64,000 nucleotides of DNA from Fistulifera solaris (lineage: Eukaryota). The stretch is from assembly GCA_030295235.1 (NCBI GenBank), contig AP026144.1:248001-312000 (forward strand). The letters run 5' to 3'. Below the pieces are notes generated by a model. It did not search any database. It was not told where the DNA came from and saw only the letters and a program-made list of their open reading frames with translations. Every line of letters starts with the position of its first letter. Position 1 is the stretch's first letter. The translations under genes were made by a program, and so were the position numbers. Below are positions 49,789-60,558 of this stretch, piece by piece.

Positions 49789-50194
49789 TGCCCCTTTTGT
49801 TTTCTGTTACTGATGACTTAGTTGTTACTGTCGTTGCTGTCCATACCGGTAATGAAGCAGCGAAGGAAAAAATTGCCTTATCCATTCCACAGAAAAGGAT
49901 TGCCGAGAGAACAAGAGGCCTTTCTGTCTTCAGGAATTAGTACTGCAGTGTCGATGTGACGTATTAACTATGACTGAATAGGGACCACACAAGATATAAG
50001 GCCAAAAGACTGAGCAACGGGTTCTAAGTTCCAGCTAAGATGCTTTGAAGCTGTTATAAGTTATACAGGGAGTCATGAGTAAAGCAATGAAGAAGTGAAA
50101 TGAGCTTTAGTTATTTTTTCTGTCTAATTCATGTGACGTCGACTTCCTAAAAAAGGTAAGAGAATGAAGACGCATGGGCGGTGCGATTTACCGC

Positions 50195-50937
50195 TTAAGC
50201 ATCCGCCGTGTTGATATTATCGGGGGAAACTGTCCAGTATTTTCCGTCTACAAAATACACCTCGCCATTCGCTAATGATTTCTGGGCTCCGGATAGACCC
50301 CCGATGTATTCTCTTCGCCAAGACCCACCACAGTGATGGTGGTTTGACCTAATGGCAAGGAGCCATGGCTCATAGAATTGAAGGTGATAACGGACTTGGT
50401 GACTGCATCGAGTCCTAGTACAAGCTTTTCTGCCGCTTCCAGTACTTCCAAAACTTGCAAATCATCTCCGCCCGCAAAATTAATCACAATACGAGCACAA
50501 TCCGAGGCAGCTCCAGCCGCTGACAAGGCATCCCGCACAGCATCGAGTGGTGCATAAATAATGACCGTTTCTGTTGTTTCACCCGGATCCTTGTAAAGCT
50601 CCTTGCCCCGTCCCGTGGCAATAATTTTAAAGTTTTCCTTAGGCAAATCCGCTTCGTTTACTAATGTCAACTCCGTGTACCTTAATAGATCTTTGACTTG
50701 TGGTTCGGCTTTGCCCGGTGCGTGTTTGATATTTCCAGTAATTTTAATGACAGACTCTTCGGCCAAACGAACTCCTCCTCGACCTACGTCCAAGTCAAAA
50801 TCCGTGTCATCGGCGGTGATGATGGGTCCGAGTGGATGAAACTGTTCTCCGCGAAACGTTCTGTGAATAGGCTGGAATGCCCGAATAGGACTGACCAGGA
50901 AGGTCATTAATAATACGGCAGCGATCATATTTGTCAA
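50195..50937 (-). CDS. Plastid-targeted protein with an FtsZ C-terminal-like domain only
   Basis: Signal peptide ending RA-FQP; RIVINFAGGDDLQVLEVLEAAEKL...ITF...ITVVGLG resembles FtsZ_C; a G-run frameshift near 50300 extends the frame to ...GEVYFVDGKYWTV...*. Confidence 0.6.
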
Positions 50938-51160
50938 TTATTAGTGCACACACGGAAGAAAATGAATTATTGTCCACTTTGTCGTTCGTCGTTCTACGGT
51001 TGCACTTTGTTGCGTCACAAACGTTGCGCGATGGAGAGTTGAGAGCACGACAACAACGCGTGGAAGCTTTATAAATAATAGCGGTTGTCTAACAGACAGT
51101 TCGTGACTGGTTAGAAACCGGTCGCTCTTCCGTAAGTTACCTAGTACGTAGTACTGAGTA

Positions 51161-51481
51161 CCAGGGAACGGCGTTAAAATTCTGCCTCGTCGTAGACGCT
51201 ACGTAGAATCTTGTACTGGGAGGCAGATTTTTAACGTCCTTCCCAGGTACGGTACGGTACGGTACGGTACCGTACCAGTAGGATCGGCATTCTCGAAAAC
51301 AACACGAGATTTGTCGCGATGGGAGTAGGGCGGAGGAGTAGTCGGACCGCGACTCAACTCCGTTGTGGTAGGCTTCTACGGAGCCTACACGAAGTCTAGC
51401 AACGGCGTTAAAGTTCTGCCTCGTCGTAGACGCTAAGTAGAATCTTGTACTGAGAGGCAGAATTTTAACGTCCTTCCCTGG
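51161..51481. mobile_element. MITE-like or structured-RNA element: two 78-nt hairpin units with overall 28-bp terminal inverted repeats
   Basis: 51167-51244 and 51401-51478 are identical at 74/78 nt. The left end CCAGGGAACGGCGTTAAAATTCTGCCTC matches the reverse complement of the right end at 26/28. No target-site duplication seen. Confidence 0.5.
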
Positions 51482-51791
51482 GCCATTATGCAAACAGCTG
51501 TACCAGTACCCGGTACTTTCGAAGCAACGTTGACTGACTCCAACAAGTTCATCACAATAACGGATCATGTACAGACCACCATTTCGCTACCAACCGATAC
51601 ATTTTTGCAAAAGTGCGCCCGTCTTGTTTTCTTTTTCGTCCTCTTTGTCAACTTGGTGCATTTCTTTGAAACAAGAAAACACGGCAACAACCCTTTGTGT
51701 TTCCTACTCGGTGTCTTCTTGTTGTAATTTTCGTGATCGAAGTTAGATCGAGAAATCTCCTTCCTTTTTTTATCAACGTTTTGCAATCCGA

Positions 51792-53559
51792 ATGCCGATA
51801 TCTGATACCGAAGCCGTCAAGGCTGCCAAGCGAGTACTCAAACAGCAGACGGAACCCATGAAACTGAAGACACTGGCCAAAGCTGTCATCGAGAAGGTAG
51901 ATAACGGGACTGATTCGTCAGTAAAAGAAGTACAGGCATGGATTCAAAAGAGTGAGAAATTCGTTGTGAACGACAAGAAGATTGTATCGCTCAAGCGAAA
52001 ACGTTCCGAGTATCCCAAAGACTCACAAGAAAAATGTGAGAAAGCTTCGAAGCAGCCCAAGGGGGAAACGAGTCAGAAATCCAGCAACACGGGATCTGCC
52101 GTTCTATTGCAAGATGTCTCTAGTGTCGCGGATTGGCGCAAACAAAACAAGATAGTCGTCATGCATACCAAAGACGACGAACAAGGCAAAGAACAGACGG
52201 CACTTCTCGTCAAGGCGAAAATGTACTTTCCGTACACGTCGTTTGAACATCCCGATTGTGTGGCATCGATTGTTGCTCCCCTATTGGAACAGTGCGTTTC
52301 GGTCAATAAATTTAAGGCGCCATCTCCGATTCAAGCGCAATCGTGGCCCATTTAACACAGCCGTCGGATTCGACCGGTCGGAAACGCGATATTGTCGGCA
52401 TTGCCGAAACGGGGAGTGGAAAGACACTGGCTTTTTCGTTACCTATTCTATCCGCCATGTCCGAAACGAAAGTGTCTGGCCGACGCTTACCTCGACTGCT
52501 GGTTTTGTCGCCTACTCGCGAATTGGCCATGCAATCCGACCAAGTGTTGCAAGAATTTGGTGAGGTTGTGGGGCTCAAGTCGTTGGTCGTTTACGGAGGA
52601 GTACCTAAGCCGACGCAGACTTCCGTATTGAAGAAAGGATACGTGGATTGCATCGTTGCAACCCCGGGTCGCTTGAAAGATCTCATCCACGAAGGATCTT
52701 GTGATCTTAGCGCGGTTGATTTTTTGGTTCTGGATGAAGCCGACCGAATGTTGGATATGGGGTTTGAAGAAGATGTCCGTGAAATCATTTCGTATTGCAA
52801 AAGCAAAGACGAAGGCCGCCAAACTGCCATGTTTTCTGCTACGTGGCCGGCCGCCATTCAAAACATCGCACTGGAGTACATGGTGGAGCCCGTTCGAGTG
52901 TACGTAGGCTTTGAATCCATTGTGGGAAGCAATGGTGACAACGCCGTCGATGATTCGTTGTCAGCTAACAAACGTGTCACCCAAACCGTCGAAGTGATTG
53001 AGGACCGCCAGCGCGAGGCCAGATTGCAACAGATCCTCGAAAAGGTCCACGGCAAACGCAACAATCGCGTTTTGATTTTTGCATTATATAAGAAAGAAAC
53101 CGAACGTCTCGAGAATGCACTACGGCGACAGGGCTGGAATTGCTGTTCGATTCATGGCAACAAAACCCAGGCCGCTCGAACGGCCGCGTTGGCCGAATTC
53201 AAAGACGGCACGTGTCCACTCTTGGTCGCGACCGATGTTGCCGCACGAGGTCTAGATATTCCGAACGTGGAGGCCGTGATCAATTACACATTCCCATTGA
53301 CGATTGAAGACTACGTTCACCGCATCGGCCGAACGGGCCGTGCGGGCAAGCACGGGGTGAGTTACACCTTTTCCAACCGACCGACAAATCGCACGCGGGT
53401 GAACTCCAGCAAGTTATGAAACAGGCTGGACAAGAAGTGCCGGAAGAACTATTAAAGTTTGGGAGCACCATTAAGAAAAAGGAACACAAGTTATATGGCA
53501 ACTTCGGTCCCAAGGATACTTCGACGATGAAGAAGGCGACCCGAATCGTTTTCGATTGA
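51792..53559 (+). CDS. DBP3: DEAD-box RNA helicase Dbp3
   Basis: PSPIQ, AETGSGKT, PTRELA, DEAD, SAT, ARGLD, HRIGRTGRAG; C-terminal LLKFGSTIKKKEHKLYGNF...TRIVFD typical of Dbp3; frameshifts near 52352 and 53370. Confidence 0.92.
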
Positions 53560-53638
53560 AACACTCTTGTTTATTATAGAACGAACTGTATTTATGCTTA
53601 AGCGTACACGACTTTTCTTCTCAAAACAACAGCATAAT

Positions 53639-53959
53639 CTACTGTTTATCCTTGTTATCTTTTGTGAAGGATGACTCTTCCTTCGGAGGACCACGCAGAC
53701 CTTGTCGTTTCGCTTCCAATTTCCAATACGCTTCTTGCGCCTTCAAAGCATCGGACGGCATTACGGATTCACCCCGATATTTCCGATACGCAATGTAGCC
53801 GACACCGCCCAGTAGCACAACGGCTCCCAGGAAAACGATTGGATTCTGTGATGTCGAATGATAGGAGCGTGTCGGTCGAGGTTTCATCCCAAATTCGGAC
53901 ATCGTATACAAGGAAGGTGGCGATGCAACGTAATGACTGCCGAGGAGGCTTGGAAGCAC
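53639..53959 (-). CDS. Small single-TM protein, probably mitochondrial; start uncertain
   Basis: RSYHST cleavage-like motif, TM IVFLGAVVLLGGVGYIAY, then basic tail. Confidence 0.5.
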   Translation of the reverse strand: MLPSLLGSHYVASPPSLYTMSEFGMKPRPTRSYHSTSQNPIVFLGAVVLLGGVGYIAYRKYRGESVMPSDALKAQEAYWKLEAKRQGLRGPPKEESSFTKDNKDKQ

Positions 53960-54843
53960 AGTTTAGTTGGCCATTCTCCTTCGAGACAAGCCGTCATTCT
54001 CGTGACATTTTCTCTCATCGTCTATCGGAAGGGACAAATGAGAGACCAGGACGCGTTCGGAAAGACGAGACGATGTGATTCTCGTAGGACGAATATGGAA
54101 AAACCGATTCATATCCATGCAATTTATTTATGATAACATATTTACATGACTATAGAACCAGACGTCAAAGGATGAATGAAATATACTCCGTAGCATTCAA
54201 GTCTGAATACAAGGTACGGAGTACCTGGTACAAACTAAAAAATACGACGTCCTACAAAGTATGGAGTCAATGTTTCAGAGCAATCAATGCTCTAACAGTT
54301 CACGTTCTTATTGCATTGCTGTTATCGTTGTTGCTGACATTATTTATGCTGCAGCAATGAATCAGCGCCAACTTGGTTCGTGGAGAATAATCGCAGTAGC
54401 ATATACTATAACTCAAAGAGAAGGCTTGACAAATCCATGACTCAACTTAACTTCAGTCCCGTTGTTTGAGCATGAAACGTTAAGAGGCACTGATTTTGAC
54501 CCGTGCTTGTTAACCAACAGATTTTTTAAATGATAAGCTTGTTGTTGTCAAGAGCGCTAGGATTTTGATGCCTGATCAGGTACAGTATCAATGAATAGCG
54601 TTAATTGCCTTCGACATTGTTGTGTTGGCAGAACCAGAACAAGCTAACGTCGCACCAATTTCCGCCTCGCAGTGCATTTTTGTCGTCTCGCATCTCGCCT
54701 CGTCTCATCTTGAAATATACGGAGTACTTGTAATCGATAACGAGACTGTGTGATACGCCTCGTCAGTCGTCCTTTTTCTCTTTGAAACACTTTACCGAAC
54801 TCGTTTACCGTGTCAGAGATCGAGTTTGCTGTGAGAAAAAACG

Positions 54844-57270
54844 ATGGCAATGACGACAAACTCGACAGATGGGGTATCCTTGCCGGTGCGCGACGAGATG
54901 GAATGCTTGCCTATCAATATTGTACAAGAGGAAACCGTGCTAATCAGAGAATGCTTTTATTCGCTACAAGGTATTAGCGGGGATCGAATACGATTTGATT
55001 CAGTCACCTCGAATGAAGGAAAGGCTACCGTTCATTCGCCGGTTCTAGCACAAGCAGGTTATTCAGCAATCATTCCTCCACATTTGCGTCCGCAATCCAA
55101 ACTTGGAAGTGGAGCAAAGGAAGCTATATTGATTTGTGCCGAAGCAGGATGGCTATTTTCGAGGATCAAAGAATATGTTGACTCCGTAATTCAGCCATCG
55201 AATCATCAACGCACTCAAACACAACAACAACAACCAATAGGATCGATCCAACGCGCCTTGGCGAGTGCTCTTGAACTCGAGCTTCAATCGTATCAATGTT
55301 TTCTTTCCGAATTAGAACCCCAAGTACCCAGTCTATCGGTACGACAACTCTTGGTTCAAATGCAACCACCACTCGTCCGACTCGAACATCTCGCTTCCCT
55401 CACCGATGGCGCGGCGCACGCCGCATTGCCCGGTCCGCAAATTCTACATTCCCTTCGACTAGCCTTGCAGCATGGTAATTCACGAAAACGGACTTTGGTG
55501 CAATCGCTGTTGACACGCGCGTGTACTCCGTGGTTCGACATGCTTTATTTGTGGACGACCGAAGGCATCTTGTCGGATCCAGCGCACGAATTTTTTGTGG
55601 TGGACACTAAGAGCCATGCAGATGATCGGCATTTGTGGAAGGAACAGTATCTACTGGACTTTGAAAAGGTTCCTTTTGGGATATTGGATGAAGATCTCAT
55701 TCAACCCGCGTTCGTGGTGGGGAAGGCCATCAATTACATTCGAAAATGTCTGCAGGATGGAGGATGGAGTCTTCAATTACTTGTCGACGGAGACGCAACA
55801 GTAGATGATTCTCATTCGGTCGCTATGGTGGACCAGAATGCTAAGAGAGCTTTGGGTTTCGTTTACACACCGAACGACGTCGTGTCAACAAAGGCAACAG
55901 TGGCTCCCATTCGTCAGACACTAACCCGCGCTGCGACGTTGGTCCATTCGCATATCCTCAAGTCCTTGCATGAAAAACATTCTCTTTTTCAACACTTGTT
56001 CGCATTGAAACAGTTTCTGCTGCTGGGACAAGGTGACTTTTTCGCCACTTTAATGATCGGAATACACAACGAATTTGAAGGATTCTCGGGTTTGTCCGGT
56101 ATTTACCGTCATACGCTGACCGCGATCGTCGATTCGGCGCTTCGGAATACCAACGCCATTGGGTTTCCAACCGATATTTTGGCTCGTTTACATGTGGAGC
56201 TGAATCTGAAGCCTAACGATGATGCTCGCTTTCAATTTGCAGCTCCCAAGGGTGTCGGATCTTTGAAGGATACGAGGACCGTTTGGGACATTTTGAATTG
56301 GAATATCAAGTCCCGGACCCGTTGCTGGTTATAGTTCATTCGGAAGCAATGGACTTGTACAAAACCATGTTTCACTTGTTATTTGACATTCGGCGACTAG
56401 AATTCATGCTGAATTTGACTTGGCGACAAAGCGCGACGCTTCAGCATTCGTTACAAAAAAATGGTACAGCGAAATGGAGTAACGGTGAATAAAAGGTAAG
56501 ACGGTCATGTGGCATGGCGTTGTCTTTATGATGGAGATTGCCTCTGATGTGTTTGTAGCCCCGAGTATGCACAATGTACCATTTTGCTTCGTAAAGTTTC
56601 CATGATTCGGCAAGCCATGACCCACTTTGTTACCAATGTGAAAAGCTACTTAATGTTTGAAGTGTTGGAAGGGGAATGGAAGAAGCTTGTTCGCACAATG
56701 CATGTCGCTGAGACTTTGGATGAAGCTATCAAAGCACACGACGACTATCTTGGTGGGATCAATCGAAAAAGTTTCTTACATTACGAAGACAAAACAAGGG
56801 AAGATACTACACTGGGCAATCAGCTGCGATCTTGTCTGTCTCTAGCTACGGACTTTTGTTCATATCAGGAGGATTTGTTTGAAGAAGCCATCGAAAAGGC
56901 TGAAATTGTGAACTCCAAGAAGAAAGAAGCAGCTTTGCGTCTTGGACAAGGCGACTGGGGTATTTCTGACGCTGTTAACGAGTTATTTGAGGAGGAGACA
57001 ATGTTTTTCGGACTGGCAGACAAATCTAAGATGCTTGAACTCGACGAACTTGCTGTGGAATTCAATGACCATGTCGAGACTTTGCTTCTGGCATTTGATG
57101 CTAAGCTGAATGGCCGACCGATCTTTTCGAAGAACTCGATTGCAACGCCAGTGACAAGTCCGTCACAGCTGCATTATGATCAGGACGGAGACAAGGTCCA
57201 CGACGATCTCAACTCTCTGCGGTTCTTAGCCTTCCAGTTGAATTGTAACAAATACTATAATGCCTACTAA
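54844..57270 (+). CDS. GCP3: Gamma-tubulin complex component 3 (Spc98)
   Basis: YSLQGISG, EAGWLF, EGILSDPAHEFFV, GKAINYIR, FLLLGQGDF, HFVTNVKSYLMFEVLE..W, AHDDYL; intron near 56495-56558; frameshifts. Confidence 0.88.
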
Positions 57271-57376
57271 TGAAAGGCGCGTTTACCTAAAGTCAGTCGA
57301 GTATATATTATAGTAATGATGCTTTTAAACCTTCTTTTACTTGCCTCCACGTGTATATGCAGCTCCCAGCTGCAAC

Positions 57377-59901
57377 TTACTGTTTCACCTCAAGAGCCAC
57401 TACATCTCCAGCATCCCTATTTTCAAAGTCATCTTCCATATCCCCCTCCGCGTCCACATTACTATCACTGCGCATTCGTTGACGTTTAGACGGAGTACCC
57501 TCCGTTAAATCGTCGATGTGGAGCGATCCGGAGTAGGAAGCCAGGATTGCAGTTGCCTGTTCCTCGGTGACTCCAAGTTCGCGAATCTCCTCACTCAACC
57601 GCATTTTAAGACTTTTTTAAATCCGATCGCATCTCCAAGACAAATGACTCTACTTTAGCCGCTCTCTCTTGCGTCGATCCAAGAGTTCGCTCGTTCATCA
57701 CTCGTATGCGCCGTTGACGTTGCAGTTTGTTCCTTAAGTGGTTCACCTTGGCTTGGAGCAAAATCTTGTCTTCACTCAGACTTTCCATCACGGCCATCTC
57801 TTTGGGTACGCTACGATTGTTTCGAATCCCAACAACTCCGTGGCCGTCGAATAAGGGATGCTCTATTGCTTTCTCTAATTCTTCGATACTTTTTGATAGT
57901 AACAGGTTGCCACGGCCATGAGCTGAAGGCAACAGCTCTGCCCCAAAAGGCAAAAGTCGGCGTTTTCTGAGAACCGATGACGCCTCTTTTTCATCACTTT
58001 CGTCTGTTTCCATGGTTGACTCTGCACGTTTGTCATCATCTTCGTCATAGACGCAAGCCATAGCCGCGAGATCAAGAACAGGCGCTACAGCCTTTGCTGT
58101 CTCGTGCATTTCTTTCCATCGAGCTGCAAGACGTTCATCAGAAAGCAATGCAGGGTCTTCCGTTATCTTGAGCGTTTCCAAAGGAAAGTAAGCAACACCG
58201 TATGGGAGCTGAACACCAATACGCGGAGAACGAACCCCATGAACTCCAGACTTCTCCTTCACTTTACCAGCAGGCGACTTCTTCTTGTTTACCTCTGGAG
58301 CAGAATCATTTTTCAAACTAGCATCAATTTCGCCTACGGGGGATGAGGAATCAATATCCATGGTGTCGCCATCTGACTCTTTGGCGTTTCCCTCTGTTGA
58401 CGAAGATTTCTTTTCCGTGAGGGGGGTCCGACGGGTGGAACACCACAACGTTGCCTTCTCCGTACGGCGAAACAACCTTTTCTCCAGGTACAATCCACGC
58501 ACTCGCGATCTTTTCGGGCTGAATCAGTGTCGAACTATCCCAATTAGCAAAATTGGCAGCACCAACACCACCGGCCCCCTTGGCTAATTTCGATTCTTCT
58601 AGGACATACGATTCAAAGTTATATCCTTTGGCTTTCAACTCATCACCGCGTGCCTTCAGAACATTCAAGACATCGCGCATCGCAACATTTCCTTTACCTG
58701 CCCCACGATTGCGAGTCCGAGTACTTAATAAATCGGCTTCCTTCACGCATTCTTGTTGAACAGCCGCAAGCTCTTGATTCAGAGCATTCATCTCTTCATT
58801 GATATTCCGCAAATAATGTAGAAAATGACCGCGGAGTTGATTCTCCACCGTCTGTATGCGGTTTAATTCATCTTGTGTTTTGCAAAGCTCTTGTTGGGTC
58901 CTTTGCACCGTCTTACGATAGTTGTTCAAATCAACTTCAATGTCCGAGGGCGAACGCTCCCATCGAAGCAACCTGTGCTTTTTCTTGGCTCCCACGGATT
59001 CTGGTGGACGTGGCGGATCGAACGCCGCCACATATTCGACTTCACGAGGCGAGCGTCTCGGAATCTTGTTGTCCTTGGCTTGCGGTTTCTCAGTTGGTGG
59101 AGCTACAAACACGGACGAAGGAAGACTATAATCCGTCGTCCCCAGACGGATCGTCCTACCACCCAAGCGAATGATATCCGACATTCGTTCGTCTTCCGAA
59201 GGAGGAACAGATCCGCCTGTACCAACGTCGTCCAAAGACATGGCCGCATCACCGTCATTGTCCGCATTCGCCCCATCATCTGAGCCTCGTCGGCTCGCGG
59301 TTTTTCTCTTGTTCAAATTGGCCGTGACACCACTGGCCGTCGTTTGCAGAGCACGTGCCAAGCTGAGATCACCTTTGACTTCGTGTTTGCGGAGAGCATG
59401 CATCCCGCTGACATTCGGAATATACCGCGTCCGCGTGCGACGCTCTTCCTCCGTCAAGGAGTCCGATAAGAAGGACTCACGCAGATTGGCCGACGGAATC
59501 GCCAAATCCATACCAACATCATCCGTTCCGGCCATACTTTCGTTTGCCAAGCGATCCAGCGGATCCGTTAAGTTCTCCGCAGCTCGACCTCTCGTACTGT
59601 ACGTCACTTCCGACTGCGGCTTATGTGCTGGCTCTTTTGCTTTTGTCGCTTGTTCTTTCGTAGTGTCACCTAAATTCGCGTCCGCTGGACCTTCAATGTT
59701 TTCTGTTCCCTCCAGATCCTCTCCAGCATCCATTTCTGTATCGTCTTGCGATTCTTCTTCATTGGTAGGAGATTTCGTGTCGATGCGTTCTTCGTGATTG
59801 ATTTCTTCTTGAATGTCTCCTTCACTGGTGTCGTCGGCAATTTCTCCTTCTTCAAAGACTTCACCTTCTTCAGCCTCTGCGGCGGGATAATCACGTTCCA
59901 T
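57377..59901 (-). CDS. Hypothetical acidic/coiled-coil protein (frameshifted)
   Basis: Three consecutive minus-strand ORFs (58351-59901, 57606-58502, 57377-57604) with coherent composition. Confidence 0.7.
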
Positions 59902-60558
59902 ATTCTAAACAAGAGATCAGAATGAGTGATTATGCACAAATAATAAGGTGTAATGAAAAGAAAATTGCAGCCGGAGGAATGATACCTTCCGTGACTACCC
60001 TGGTATAGCAACATGCAGCGACGTCCATCTTTGACGACTTGTGTGTGACACTGACTTGACTCTCTATCATCGCTATCTAATGTAGTAGGAAAAGAAAACT
60101 TACTCTAGTGGTTTCAATCAGACTTGTTTGTGTCAAACGCAACGAAGAAAAATGAACGATTCTGTAAGGACAATCATAACACCGACGACAATGAAATGCA
60201 GTAGTTGTTTCGCGTCGTTAGTATTAGTAGTATTCGTTATTCGTTCGGCATATAATTGAATGTTTGTCGATGTCCGATCTGTCCGTCGACGGACAATGCG
60301 AAGGCTGGTCGTCTTGTCGCCTCCCGCACCCATCAGTTCAAACCTCACCATCACAACATCCCAACAAAACGTCGTCATCCGACAAACGACAAAAGAAATT
60401 CCGTCCTTCCTATTTTGTTGTTTAATTATCATTCGAAAGACTTGCAGCGATCAATTCAAGCTATTTGTTGTTCTGATACAAGAATCAATTGCTGTCATCC
60501 TTGTCCCTTTTCCTTCGATTATTCACAATTTTTGTTGAATAATCATCGTTTCTCCAGG

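Noticed and set aside
51161..51481. CRISPR array or known ribozyme/snRNA
   Set aside because: Only two long units with a roughly 155-nt spacer, no cas genes and a eukaryotic context. No hammerhead CTGANGA/GAAA core or U1/U2/U5/U6/SRP signature was recognised.
51137..51568. 143-aa minus-strand ORF with an internal repeat
   Set aside because: The peptide repeat simply reflects the DNA repeat, and the fold-back symmetry argues for a non-coding element.
60256..60558. 101-codon N-terminal extension of MiaB in the ORF track
   Set aside because: Starts at a non-ATG codon and reads like UTR; ATG 60559 begins a clear signal peptide.
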